NCBI GenBank assembly: GCA_026992735.1
Contig: JALWYO010000077.1
Coordinates: 1 to 51,413 of the forward strand
Source: Deltaproteobacteria bacterium
Lineage (GTDB): Bacteria; Desulfobacterota; Dissulfuribacteria; Dissulfuribacterales; QOAL01
DNA length: 51,413 nt
Direction: 5' to 3'
The translations under genes and the position numbers were made by a program. The notes beneath the pieces are model-generated. The model had not been told where the DNA came from. It saw only the letters and a program-made list of their open reading frames with translations, and did not search any database. Shown here in pieces: positions 1 through 9,223 of the stretch. Each line of letters begins with the position of its first letter. Position 1 is the first letter of the stretch.

Positions 1-2
1 GT

Positions 3-1103
3 ACCGCTTTGTCCATAAGGATTGTAAACGTTTTTGACCTTGTTCTTCCAATTGAAGGCGCCAAAAATGAATGCTGCAAGAGGCTTGGTGTTATAGTTAT
101 AGTCACCCTGAGCAAAATAATGCTTGAAACCCTTTGCGCTCATAGGACCCTTTGGAGCAGAACCTGGCAGGAAGTTGATGCCTATCCTTCCCACGTACAG
201 CATCTGATCATCAAAGTTTGCGGTTCCGCGGGTATCCCTGCCATTGTAAACGCCTGCCCAGTATGACAGGAACTGCTTCTGGCCAAGCATGTCCACATCG
301 CCATTGATGTTGACACCCTGGGACCTGTAAAGAAGCATACCGCCGGTGGGGAAGGCAGTAGTCTTGTCCAGGAGATTGCCGACCCTTAGCCTGGCGTTGT
401 AGCCTGGAATATCATAGGTGCGGTTTCCAAACTGATCCTTGTCCATCTCGGAATCACCGGTGAAGATGGTACGGTCTGCACCGTTCTGGCCAAAACCGCT
501 CTGCCAGTACTCAATGGAGTAAGGTATCTTCATACGGCCAAACTGCACCCTGGCAAACTTGTAGTGACGCCACACGATAAATGCGTCATGGGTGTTAACC
601 TTGCCCTGCGGCTCCAGCTGAATATGCATGAAGTACTTCCAGTCCTTGTTAGGCGCATAGCCGTCAAAGAACAGGCGGAGACGGCGCATGGTGAAGGAAC
701 TGAAATTTTCATCCACACCGGAAATGTCATCATCCGTAAAGACATAGGTGTACCTCATCTGGATACCAGCCCTGATCCTCATAAGGTACTCGTTGTTGCT
801 CTTGGGATCATTGTACTTGATCCTGAAGCCGTTTTTCCACTTCATGGAAAAATTGGAACGGCTCTTTTTCCAGTTTTCCAGTTCTGTTACCTTCTGCTGA
901 AGAGCATCGGTATCCGGGCATGGAGCCTCCTTGGTTTCAAGTTGCTTGATCCTCTGCGTCAGCATCTTGACCTGTGCCTTAAGGTCCTGCAGTTCCTGAT
1001 TGGGAGCTACACCTCCTGCATAGGCTGACAGGCAACCTGCACACAGAAAAACCACTGCTACTGCAAAACCCAAAAACTTTTTAGTAAATCCTGGTTTCTG
1101 CAT
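3..1103 (-). CDS. Outer-membrane porin, OprO/OprP (phosphate-selective porin)-like; runs off the window at its 3' end
   Basis: Not in the ORF track because no stop lies in the window. Hand translation from ATG 1103 (AGGAGG RBS): signal peptide MQKPGFTKKFLGFAVAVVFLCAGCLSAYA, short coiled coil, then porin-type motifs 'FTMRRLRLFFDG', 'VQFGRMKIPYSIE', 'YWAGVYNG'. Confidence 0.75.
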   Translation of the reverse strand, partial: MQKPGFTKKFLGFAVAVVFLCAGCLSAYAGGVAPNQELQDLKAQVKMLTQRIKQLETKEAPCPDTDALQQKVTELENWKKSRSNFSMKWKNGFRIKYNDPKSNNEYLMRIRAGIQMRYTYVFTDDDISGVDENFSSFTMRRLRLFFDGYAPNKDWKYFMHIQLEPQGKVNTHDAFIVWRHYKFARVQFGRMKIPYSIEYWQSGFGQNGADRTIFTGDSEMDKDQFGNRTYDIPGYNARLRVGNLLDKTTAFPTGGMLLYRSQGVNINGDVDMLGQKQFLSYWAGVYNGRDTRGTANFDDQMLYVGRIGINFLPGSAPKGPMSAKGFKHYFAQGDYNYNTKPLAAFIFGAFNWKNKVKNVYNPYGQSG

Positions 1104-1246
1104 AATCCCTCCTTTGTTAAATTTTTAGCAACCTCCTGAAAATCTTGCTAAATCTATTTAAACTACCACTTTACTTTTTTGTCAAGCCGTTTCCTGAAAC
1201 GGGGAAGACTATCTTACAATCCATTTAAATTTTATACCCAAAACTA

Positions 1247-1262
1247 CGCAATTAATATGCCA
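1247..1262 (-). promoter_or_regulatory. Putative sigma-54 promoter upstream of the porin gene
   Basis: Minus strand reads TGGCATATTAATTGCG: GG-N10-GC spacing matching TGGCAC-N5-TTGC, about 145 nt upstream of the porin ATG. Confidence 0.55.
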
Positions 1263-1274
1263 CCATTCTAAATA

Positions 1275-2687
1275 TCAACCAGATCCGCCGGTTTTTATAG
1301 GCTTTTTAAGTGGAAGTATAAAATAAAAATTATTCCCAAGAGGCACTGGTTCATAACCAACAACACCACCATGAACTTCTACCACCTTTTTGACAAAATG
1401 CAAGCCATGTCCCGTGCCTGGATTCCCGGCAGTAGCGCTTGCCCTGTATCCCTCATCAAAGATGTGGGCGGCTTCATCCGGCGGGATATGAGGACCTGTT
1501 GTAAATACATTGAATTTTATGCCATCCTGACCAGGGCCGAAATAATCTGGCATGATCTCCCTGCCATAGGAAATAAACCTTGCAGGCCTGCCGGAATCGT
1601 CTGTTACTTCCTGACAATATTTTTCCGCGTTTGAAAGCAGGTTGGCAAAAACCTGTGCAATAAGACCTATATCCACTGCCAGAGGTATGTCCTCATCGGG
1701 CACGCCACCTAACTGATTATCTATCTTGCAGCCCCGTTTTTCCAGCCTTTTCCTGTATCTTTCAATCTGGGGCTCGATCACTTCCTTGCGGAAATTGCAC
1801 ATCCTGCGCCTGAGCACCAGTTCCCCCTTCTGAAAGTGCTCCCGCCTCAACAGGCTTTCAAGGAACAGGCTGGTATTGTTAAAATGCTTTTCTATATCCC
1901 TGTAACAGCCTTCAAGCTCTTTGGTCGTCTCTTCAAGTTGCATGGCAGATGCCTCGGCGCTCTGTATCCTGGGACAGTTGCATTTCCTGGCCTCGGCAAG
2001 ATGCTTCTCCAGGTCATGCAGTATCTCCGTAAGCCGTTTTATCCTGGCCTTTATCATGTTCAGAAAGACCTTGTACTTTATATTCGGAACTATGACATTA
2101 TGCTCTATGTCTTCCACAAGGTTATTGATGAACTTGATATGTTCTTCGTTCTGGCGGGCAAGCAGCTTGTAATGGAGGTTGTAGCCTATCCTGTTGGCAT
2201 ATTTCTCAAAAAAAAGCTTGTCTTTGTCTGTCAGCAAAGCCCTTGGAAAGACCTCGAACATCCCTATAACATCCTTGGGCCTGGCAAGGTTCTTTTCACC
2301 AAACAGACGCTTGTTGCCCCTTATGGGAGCAAAAAACGAATCGCCTCTTTCGTAAGGCTCAGGGGAAAGCCTTACACCCTCTGGCGGATCCATACCGCAT
2401 ACACCAAACGCATTCATGGAATCACAGGCCCTCTTGAGCTCGTCTGATTCAAAATCCACCAGGTACAGGCAGGTATCAAAATCCATGAATATCTTGGGAA
2501 CGAATACGGCTACCCTGTAAAAATTCTCCAGGGTTTCATACTCCTGGGCCAGGTCAAAAAAGGCCCTGAGAGTACGCCCCTGAAGCACGGTAAAATTGTA
2601 TCTCTCGTAATCTTCCTTTTTCTTCCTTATCCTGGAAAGAACACTCGCCAGTTCAGGTGGATCGGGTTTTACACAATAAATGCTCAT
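1275..2687 (-). CDS. Cytoplasmic sensor histidine kinase (GAF-like N-terminus, HATPase_c)
   Basis: N box 'QVFANLLSNAEKY', G1/F 'TTGPHIPPDEAAHIFDEGY', G2 'GTGHGLHFVKKVVEVHGG'; atypical H box 'DIEHNVIVPN'. Start placed at ATG 2687 (ORF open to 2732). Confidence 0.85.
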   Translation of the reverse strand: MSIYCVKPDPPELASVLSRIRKKKEDYERYNFTVLQGRTLRAFFDLAQEYETLENFYRVAVFVPKIFMDFDTCLYLVDFESDELKRACDSMNAFGVCGMDPPEGVRLSPEPYERGDSFFAPIRGNKRLFGEKNLARPKDVIGMFEVFPRALLTDKDKLFFEKYANRIGYNLHYKLLARQNEEHIKFINNLVEDIEHNVIVPNIKYKVFLNMIKARIKRLTEILHDLEKHLAEARKCNCPRIQSAEASAMQLEETTKELEGCYRDIEKHFNNTSLFLESLLRREHFQKGELVLRRRMCNFRKEVIEPQIERYRKRLEKRGCKIDNQLGGVPDEDIPLAVDIGLIAQVFANLLSNAEKYCQEVTDDSGRPARFISYGREIMPDYFGPGQDGIKFNVFTTGPHIPPDEAAHIFDEGYRASATAGNPGTGHGLHFVKKVVEVHGGVVGYEPVPLGNNFYFILPLKKPIKTGGSG

Positions 2688-2750
2688 ATACAATCTGCTT
2701 TCAGCCGCACACCGGGTTCTACGGCCAGGCAAAAACCTCCTGCACCCTAT

Positions 2751-4280
2751 TTATCTATCCTGAAAATCCATCTCTATGGCATCTACCAGGGCCGGAATGG
2801 TAGAGCTTTCGGGCATTATATGTACCTTGAGCCCCATCTTCTTTGCAGTCTTTGCAGTTACCGGCCCTATACAGGCAACCCTTGCCCTGGACATGATCCT
2901 TTTAATGGTATTCTCAGGCACTGTTTTAAACAGATTTTTGACTGTAGATGAACTGGTAAAGGTCACCACGTCTATCTCTTCTTCCTCAAGGAGCTCCAGC
3001 GTCTGAGGAGCTATCTCAGGAGGCACTGTCTCGTATGCAGGAGCCACTGTCACCTGTGCGCCCAGTTCCCTGAGACCCTCGGGCAAGAGTTCTCTTGCCA
3101 CTACGGCCCTGGGGATCAGCACCCTGCGGCCCTTCATGTCCTGGCCCTGGAAAAACTCGAGTAGGCCCTCTGCCCTGAAATTTTCGGGTACGGCATCCAC
3201 CTTAAGATGGAGTGCCTTTATGGCATCCGCCGTGCTGGAACCCACGGCGGCTATCTTCACATTTCCCAGCGCCCTAATATCATTGCCAAGCTCATCTATA
3301 CGCCTGAAAAAGAACTTCACGGCATTGCTGCTGCTGAATACAATCCAGTCATATCCGGCGAGATCAGAGATGGCACTGTCAAGGACCGAGGTCTCCTGAA
3401 CCATCCTCACCTCTATAGTCGGGCACTCTATGCACCCGGCCCCTTTCCTCTCCAAGAGGAGCACCAGGCTGCTGGCCTGCTGCCTTGTCCTGGTCACCAG
3501 GACCTTGCGGCCAAGAAGAGGCTGCCTTTCGAACCAGTTGATATCATCCCTTACAGAGCAGACATCACCCACCACTATGATGGCAGGCGGTTTGAACCGA
3601 TTTTCCTTTACTCTGTCGGCAATATCAGCCAGGGTCCCGATCAAGGATTCCTGGAGCGGTGTTGTGCCCCAGCGTATCACTGCCACAGGAGTATCAGGAT
3701 TCCTGCCGAATTTAATCAATTTTTCCGTTATGTTTGGGAGATTAGACATGCCCATCAGAAATACCAGGGTGCCAACACCCTTGGCCAGGCCTTCCCAGTC
3801 AACACCTGCCTCACTGCTGTCAAACCTCCGGTGACCCGTGATAAAGGCTACCGATGCGGTAAATGAGCGGTGTGTCAGCGGGATGCCTGCATAGGCCGGA
3901 ACAGCAATGGCAGAGGTCACTCCCGGCACAATCTCAAAAGGAATGCCCTGGGCCGCAAGGATCTGGGCCTCCTCACCACCACGGCCGAATATAAACGGAT
4001 CTCCACCTTTAAGCCGCACTACCTTCCGGCCTTCCCTTGCCTTTTCAACAATAAGGTCGTTTATCTCATTCTGGTTTGCCACATGTTTGCCTATACGCTT
4101 TCCCACGTATATCTTTTCAGCACCGGGATTTACGAGCTCCATTATCCTGGGGCTTGCCAGCCTGTCATATATGACTACATCGGCCCTGGACAATAACTCC
4201 CTGCCCCTGAGAGTCAGAAGCCCGGGATCGCCCGGGCCTGCGCCAACCAGATAAACCTTTCCGCTGTCCTTAACTTTCAC
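2751..4280 (-). CDS. cobA: Uroporphyrinogen-III C-methyltransferase / uroporphyrinogen-III synthase (CobA-HemD fusion)
   Basis: 'VYLVGAGPGDPGLLT', 'RLKGGDPFIFGRGGEE', then HemD 'VLVTR', 'VTFTSSSTV', 'CIGPVTA'. Confidence 0.96.
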   Translation of the reverse strand: MKVKDSGKVYLVGAGPGDPGLLTLRGRELLSRADVVIYDRLASPRIMELVNPGAEKIYVGKRIGKHVANQNEINDLIVEKAREGRKVVRLKGGDPFIFGRGGEEAQILAAQGIPFEIVPGVTSAIAVPAYAGIPLTHRSFTASVAFITGHRRFDSSEAGVDWEGLAKGVGTLVFLMGMSNLPNITEKLIKFGRNPDTPVAVIRWGTTPLQESLIGTLADIADRVKENRFKPPAIIVVGDVCSVRDDINWFERQPLLGRKVLVTRTRQQASSLVLLLERKGAGCIECPTIEVRMVQETSVLDSAISDLAGYDWIVFSSSNAVKFFFRRIDELGNDIRALGNVKIAAVGSSTADAIKALHLKVDAVPENFRAEGLLEFFQGQDMKGRRVLIPRAVVARELLPEGLRELGAQVTVAPAYETVPPEIAPQTLELLEEEEIDVVTFTSSSTVKNLFKTVPENTIKRIMSRARVACIGPVTAKTAKKMGLKVHIMPESSTIPALVDAIEMDFQDR

Positions 4281-5208
4281 TATAAACTTCCTCTAATATT
4301 TTGCGCCCGCCTGCCTCCAGAATCATGTCTCCAAGCCTCAAGCCAAGCTCCCTGGCCTGGCTGAACGGGCCTGACAGGGCCTTGACAATAACCTGTTCAC
4401 CATTTTCATCAGCGACCAGGCCAGTTACAGCCAGTATATCCGGGCCTGAGATAGTGGCAAGGGCGCCGATCGGCACCTGGCATCCGCCTTCCAGCCTTTC
4501 CAGAAAAGCACGCTCACAGCTCACGCAGACCGCAGTCTTCTGGTGGTGCAGACAGGAAAGTATCTCCCTGGTATCCTGGTCATCGCTCCTGAACTCTATG
4601 CCAAGGCAGCCCTGACCTATGGCAGGGAGCATTATATCCACCGGGATACAGGATGTAATCCTGTGTGAAAGCCCAAGCCTGTTCAGGCCTGCAGCTGCAA
4701 GAATTATTGCATCGAATTCCCCCTGGTCAAGCTTTCTGAGCCTGGTATCAAGATTTCCCCTTAGAGATTCTATATCAATATCCGGCCTGACCTTCTTGAT
4801 CTGGGCCATCCTCCTGAGGCTGCTGGTGCCAACAACAGCGCCCTCTGGCAGCTCATCCAGTGCCCTGCAACTGCTGCTGCCGCTCACAAAGGCATCTCTG
4901 AAGTCCTCCCTTTCAGGAAAAACAGAGACCTCCAGGCCATCAGGGATCTCTGTGGGCACGTCCTTCAGGCTGTGCACCGCCAGGTCTGCCCTGCCATCAA
5001 GCATGGCCTCCTCAATCTCTTTTACGAAGAGGCCCTTGCCGCCAACCTTGGCCAGGGGTACGTCCAGTATCTTGTCGCCCCTTGTGGTAACCTCCAGCAA
5101 GCTCACGGAAATGCCCGGCCATGCCTCCTGTATCTTTGATTTCACCCAGTTGCTCTGTGCAAGCGCCAGCTTGCTCTTCCTGGTGGCAAGTAGAAGTTGT
5201 TTTTTCAT
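4270..5208 (-). CDS. hemC: Hydroxymethylbilane synthase
   Basis: 'ATRKSKLALAQ', 'GGKGLFVKEIE', 'AVHSLKDVP', 'GTSSLRR', 'LEGGCQVPIG'. Confidence 0.98.
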   Translation of the reverse strand: MKKQLLLATRKSKLALAQSNWVKSKIQEAWPGISVSLLEVTTRGDKILDVPLAKVGGKGLFVKEIEEAMLDGRADLAVHSLKDVPTEIPDGLEVSVFPEREDFRDAFVSGSSSCRALDELPEGAVVGTSSLRRMAQIKKVRPDIDIESLRGNLDTRLRKLDQGEFDAIILAAAGLNRLGLSHRITSCIPVDIMLPAIGQGCLGIEFRSDDQDTREILSCLHHQKTAVCVSCERAFLERLEGGCQVPIGALATISGPDILAVTGLVADENGEQVIVKALSGPFSQARELGLRLGDMILEAGGRKILEEVYSES

Positions 5209-5217
5209 GGAACCAGG

Positions 5218-5448
5218 CTATCCCCCGCAGGAACTGCAGTTAGTGCTTGTACAACCGGCACAACCACCTGAAGAAGCCTTCTTGCCTGTACCAACAAACT
5301 TACTGCCGCTCTTCATGGCAAAGGCTGACATCTTCTTGGTGGTATCGGCAGAGCCGCAGCTCCGGCATTTTATCACCTCGTCATTGGAAAAGACCAGCTG
5401 TTCAAACTCTTCACCGCATGCATTACATACATATTCATAAATAGGCAT
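5218..5448 (-). CDS. FmdB-family zinc-ribbon protein
   Basis: 'MPIYEYVCNACGEEFE...CRSCGS' plus Cys-rich tail 'CAGCTSTNCSSC'; GGAGG RBS. Confidence 0.9.
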   Translation of the reverse strand: MPIYEYVCNACGEEFEQLVFSNDEVIKCRSCGSADTTKKMSAFAMKSGSKFVGTGKKASSGGCAGCTSTNCSSCGG

Positions 5449-5549
5449 TGTCCTTTACCTCCGGTAAAATTTTATACAGTCCACTCCTGTGCTGCATAAT
5501 GCACCACAAACACAGGGTTCCCTGCATCTTATTCTGACAGGATGCCGAG

Positions 5550-6503
5550 TTATCCTGCAGATGCAAGCTCTTCCAGGACTGCAGATGCAAGAAGCGGGAT
5601 CATGATCTCATGATGTCCTGTAAAATTATATCCTTTGCCACCTTCCAAGGTAGGCCTGTTGACCACGTTGGTCAATGGGCGGTATTGACGGATAAAATCG
5701 AGGTTTACCGTTACAAAGCGAGTAACATCGAATCCCAGATTCCTGACAGCTGTAAGTGCCTTGAGGAAGACCTCTGGAAGGAGCACGGCGGAACCAACAT
5801 TAAAATATACACCACCCTGCAGCCCTGCCACAAGCGAACAGAACAATTTGAAATCAAGATAGGACGCCTTGCCGATACTGGCACCGTCTGCAGAAGGATG
5901 GATATGGATGATATCTGTCCCAACTGCCACGTGGACAGTAACAGGTATATCCAGCCTGGCTGCAGAGGCAAGAAGGCTCATGTCATTATGGGGGAAACCC
6001 TCTTCCACAAGCCTTCTGCCCACTGTCTGGCCGAGCCCATGCCCGGTGGAAGCAGCCTGATTTATGGCCTGGTTGAGAAATTCCCCGGTCTCCCTTGCGG
6101 CCCCGAAGGCCCCTGATCTAAGTACTGTAGCCACGTCTTCGGATGTCTTGCCTGCCATTGCGATCTCGGAATCATGGATTATCCCTGCACCGTTTATGGC
6201 AAATGCAGAAATCAGCCCCCTTTCCATCAGATCTATAAGGACTGGATTGAGGCCGACCTTTATGACATGGGCGCCCATGGCAAAGATTATCCTGTTTCCT
6301 GACCGGACCGCCTCCGTCCATGACCTGGCAACCTCGATTAAATCACTGGCAGCAAGCTGGCGAGGCAGCCTCGACAAAAAATCTTTCATGCTCAGGCCCG
6401 GAGCAGCAGCATCAGCAAAATCATTCACCGATACCTTGCTGGGCCTGTCAAAGAGAGAATAGGTATTCAGCCCCTTGAACGACATGGGTTTGAGGTAACT
6501 CAT
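5550..6503 (-). CDS. Deoxyhypusine-synthase-like conserved protein
   Basis: 'MGAHVIKVGL', 'NGAGIIHDSE', 'GSAVLLPEVFLK', 'GHHEIMIPLL'; ATG 6503 overlaps the gmhA stop (ATGA). Confidence 0.7.
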   Translation of the reverse strand: MSYLKPMSFKGLNTYSLFDRPSKVSVNDFADAAAPGLSMKDFLSRLPRQLAASDLIEVARSWTEAVRSGNRIIFAMGAHVIKVGLNPVLIDLMERGLISAFAINGAGIIHDSEIAMAGKTSEDVATVLRSGAFGAARETGEFLNQAINQAASTGHGLGQTVGRRLVEEGFPHNDMSLLASAARLDIPVTVHVAVGTDIIHIHPSADGASIGKASYLDFKLFCSLVAGLQGGVYFNVGSAVLLPEVFLKALTAVRNLGFDVTRFVTVNLDFIRQYRPLTNVVNRPTLEGGKGYNFTGHHEIMIPLLASAVLEELASAG

Positions 6504-7072
6504 TCTCCGCAAACCTTCCTTTCAACCATGTCACACAGCACGTGTCCAAGAAATATATGGACCTCCTGTATACGTGGTGTGTCTGTTGACTGCACCTTCA
6601 GCAGGCATTGACATACAGCCTCCATGGCACTGCCTTCAGCACCTGTAAGTCCAACTGTCAGGATTCCCATACTTTTGGCCTCGGCCAGTGCCCTCACCAC
6701 GTTTTCAGAACTGCCACTGGTTGAAACGCCAAGCAACACATCACCCTGACACCCAAGGGCCTGTACCTGCTTTACAAACACGTCATCAAACGAATAATCA
6801 TTTGCTATGGCAGTCAAAATGGAGGTATCCGTGGTCAACGCAATGGCCGGAAGGGGACGGCGCTCCATGCGGAAACGGTTTACCAGCTCTGCTGCAATAT
6901 GCTGACAGTCAGCGGCGCTGCCCCCATTCCCGCAGAGCAGCAGCTTCCGCCCGGCCGCAAGTGCTGATGCAACCGCCTCTGCGATCTCTATAAGCACATT
7001 GCACTGGGTTGCCAGCGTATCCTTCAATGCACCTACAAGATCATTTCCTGAAATATTGGCCAATGTTTTCAT
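6500..7072 (-). CDS. gmhA: D-sedoheptulose-7-phosphate isomerase
   Basis: 'CGNGGSAADCQHIAAEL', 'AIANDYSF', 'STSGSS', 'TPRIQEVH'. Confidence 0.96.
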   Translation of the reverse strand: MKTLANISGNDLVGALKDTLATQCNVLIEIAEAVASALAAGRKLLLCGNGGSAADCQHIAAELVNRFRMERRPLPAIALTTDTSILTAIANDYSFDDVFVKQVQALGCQGDVLLGVSTSGSSENVVRALAEAKSMGILTVGLTGAEGSAMEAVCQCLLKVQSTDTPRIQEVHIFLGHVLCDMVERKVCGE

Positions 7073-7202
7073 GAAGGAAAATAAAACAGGAAAATCCCTT
7101 TATGGCTACTGTTTTGGGCATATTTCAGCAATTCACTGAAATATCATCTTGTTAGGCATTTGAAGTGCATAATCTGACATCATGGGGAGCAATGCCAAAA
7201 TA

Positions 7203-8756
7203 CTAACCTATACAGGTTATCTTCATTTGAACACTTCCTCTGTTATTCCCATAAAAATTCCAGGCATCATTGGCAAATGCATAGAGATAACCGGATTTCC
7301 CAGGGGTAATCCTGGTGACAGGCACCTTCCCGGAGCCTGGACATACAGGAAATATCTCGTGACTGGCAGGCGTGCCATCCTTGCCAGGGTTGCCAGCATT
7401 TGCAACAGCGCCCACCAGCGCAAACCAGGGAATGTCATCCTCTCTCCTGGTGAACATGCAATCCGCAGACTTGTTGCCTGATATGCGCCTGAATATACCC
7501 TGGAGCTTTCCAAGTGAAGTGCCAGCTATATAAGCCAGCTTCTCTACATTAAACTTTCCGTCATTGGCACCGCAGGGCCCGCACTTTATGTTCAGATCCA
7601 TCCACTGTCCACTTGCCTCAAGCCTGTATGTCCTTCCGGCCTCCATATACAGACCTGTGTCATTCCAGGGCTCCACGGCAAATACATCCACCTCCATGGA
7701 TTCCCCTGGTGAAAGAAGGATTGTCCTGCGATAAGGGGCCTGGGATATAGGCGGCTCGGTCTGTCTCTCCAGCGCTGATGGATGGACAGACTCTCCGCTG
7801 TTTTTACTGATAATAGCGGGAATACTCCTGGGGCAAGTAGGCATGTGCTTGTAAATCCCCTTACATGAATCATAGAGAATACCCTTGCTGTCTGGACTGA
7901 GCTGTTCGGCCATGCCTTGTTTAAGGCCGAGCCCTGCGCCTTCCGCCTTCTTCATCATCCATTCCAGGGCGATGTCTGACAGGCCGGTATCCACATAGCC
8001 GCCTCCCACATTGGAATGTACGCCCGGGAACCAAACCTCCCTGGCATCTGCATGTTCTGAAACATTTTCCCACAATGTCGGAGTAAAACTGGCACGCATC
8101 TCGTCTATGGCAACTGCATGACGTGCAGTGAGGACATGACTGCCCAGTTTCAAATCGTGGAAACTGTATTTCTTCGAGGGATCAAAGATATTCAGAAGGG
8201 CCAGGCTGTCTGGTATTCCAAGGGCGCCAACAGTATCCCATGCCCCAAGAAAATCCACGATAACGGCGTCATTACCCTGTGCATCCCTGTGAAACACCCA
8301 GTCTTTGGCCCATTTGGAGCGGTCCTGTTTCTTCCTGTATCCCTTCTCATAGGCCTTCTTCACCCGGCCCCAGGCATCCTCCTCGCTGATGTCTGACAGG
8401 TCCAGCAGGCCCAGCATCCCGACCATGCCTGCAAGGCTCCGCACAGTAAAGGCGCCACGGCTGAAGCCAAACATAAATATCCTGTCACCAGGGATATAGC
8501 TGGAGCAGAGCCATTTATAAGCACTCATGATGTTCCTGCTCAGCCCTGCACCAAAGGCTCCGCCTGCAAGCCTTTCCAGCAGGCTGCCTCCTGCGCCTAC
8601 CCCTGGATGATAGTACCTCAACTGGGCATTGCCATTGGCATCTGCCTCTGCTACAGCATTGTAAATACGCACCACATTGGTAGGAACAGGGACATCATGC
8701 CTTTTCTGATCCCGGGTATTCCACGTACCGTCACAACACACTATGAGATTTCTCAC
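7203..8756 (-). CDS. DUF2235 (Tle1-like) alpha/beta hydrolase with C-terminal beta-rich domain
   Basis: 'LIVCCDGTWN', 'TNVVR', 'FGFSRGAFTVRSLAG', 'WDTVGALG', 'WFPGVHSNVGGG'; GTG start at 8756 with GGAGG RBS (ORF open to 8837). Confidence 0.9.
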   Translation of the reverse strand: MRNLIVCCDGTWNTRDQKRHDVPVPTNVVRIYNAVAEADANGNAQLRYYHPGVGAGGSLLERLAGGAFGAGLSRNIMSAYKWLCSSYIPGDRIFMFGFSRGAFTVRSLAGMVGMLGLLDLSDISEEDAWGRVKKAYEKGYRKKQDRSKWAKDWVFHRDAQGNDAVIVDFLGAWDTVGALGIPDSLALLNIFDPSKKYSFHDLKLGSHVLTARHAVAIDEMRASFTPTLWENVSEHADAREVWFPGVHSNVGGGYVDTGLSDIALEWMMKKAEGAGLGLKQGMAEQLSPDSKGILYDSCKGIYKHMPTCPRSIPAIISKNSGESVHPSALERQTEPPISQAPYRRTILLSPGESMEVDVFAVEPWNDTGLYMEAGRTYRLEASGQWMDLNIKCGPCGANDGKFNVEKLAYIAGTSLGKLQGIFRRISGNKSADCMFTRREDDIPWFALVGAVANAGNPGKDGTPASHEIFPVCPGSGKVPVTRITPGKSGYLYAFANDAWNFYGNNRGSVQMKITCIG

Positions 8757-8787
8757 CGTGCCACCTCCTGAATCCAAGGACAAACGG

Positions 8788-9213
8788 TCAACTGCCAACA
8801 GGCTGACCCGGGCAGGAACAAGGTTCAGCCCCTGCATCTCCTTCCAGTATCACCATGGCAATGGCATCACTCTTTTCATGGCTTATGGATACGTGCAGGG
8901 CTGTGACTCCGAGCCTACGGGCATATTCCAGGGCGTTGCCGGACAGGACGATCTTGGGCCTGCCGTTATCCAGGCGGTTTACACAGATATCTGTCAAGGC
9001 TATGCCATGCCTGAAGCCTGTGCCAAGGGCCTTCACAAGAGCCTCCTTGGCAGCAAACCTGCCCGCAAGGCAAGGCCATGGAATGCGTTTTTCCATGCAA
9101 CAGTCTATCTCACCCAGACAGAATGCACGGGAGAGAAACCTTTTGCCAAAACGCCGGGCAGCACGCTCTATCCTGGGGATATGGACAATATCAATACCCG
9201 TGCCGATTATCAT
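8788..9213 (-). CDS. acpS: Holo-[acyl-carrier-protein] synthase
   Basis: 'IIGTGIDIV', 'AGRFAAKEALVKALGTG', 'VSISHE'. Confidence 0.96.
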   Translation of the reverse strand: MIIGTGIDIVHIPRIERAARRFGKRFLSRAFCLGEIDCCMEKRIPWPCLAGRFAAKEALVKALGTGFRHGIALTDICVNRLDNGRPKIVLSGNALEYARRLGVTALHVSISHEKSDAIAMVILEGDAGAEPCSCPGQPVGS

Positions 9214-9223
9214 GAAAAGATAC

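Noticed and set aside
9-1028. Tracked ORFs 9-266, 530-745 and 564-1028
   Set aside because: They overlap the untracked porin frame on the - strand, which has RBS, signal peptide and family motifs.
2751-4280. CobA-HemD fusion as a novelty
   Set aside because: Well known in sulfate reducers and other anaerobes.
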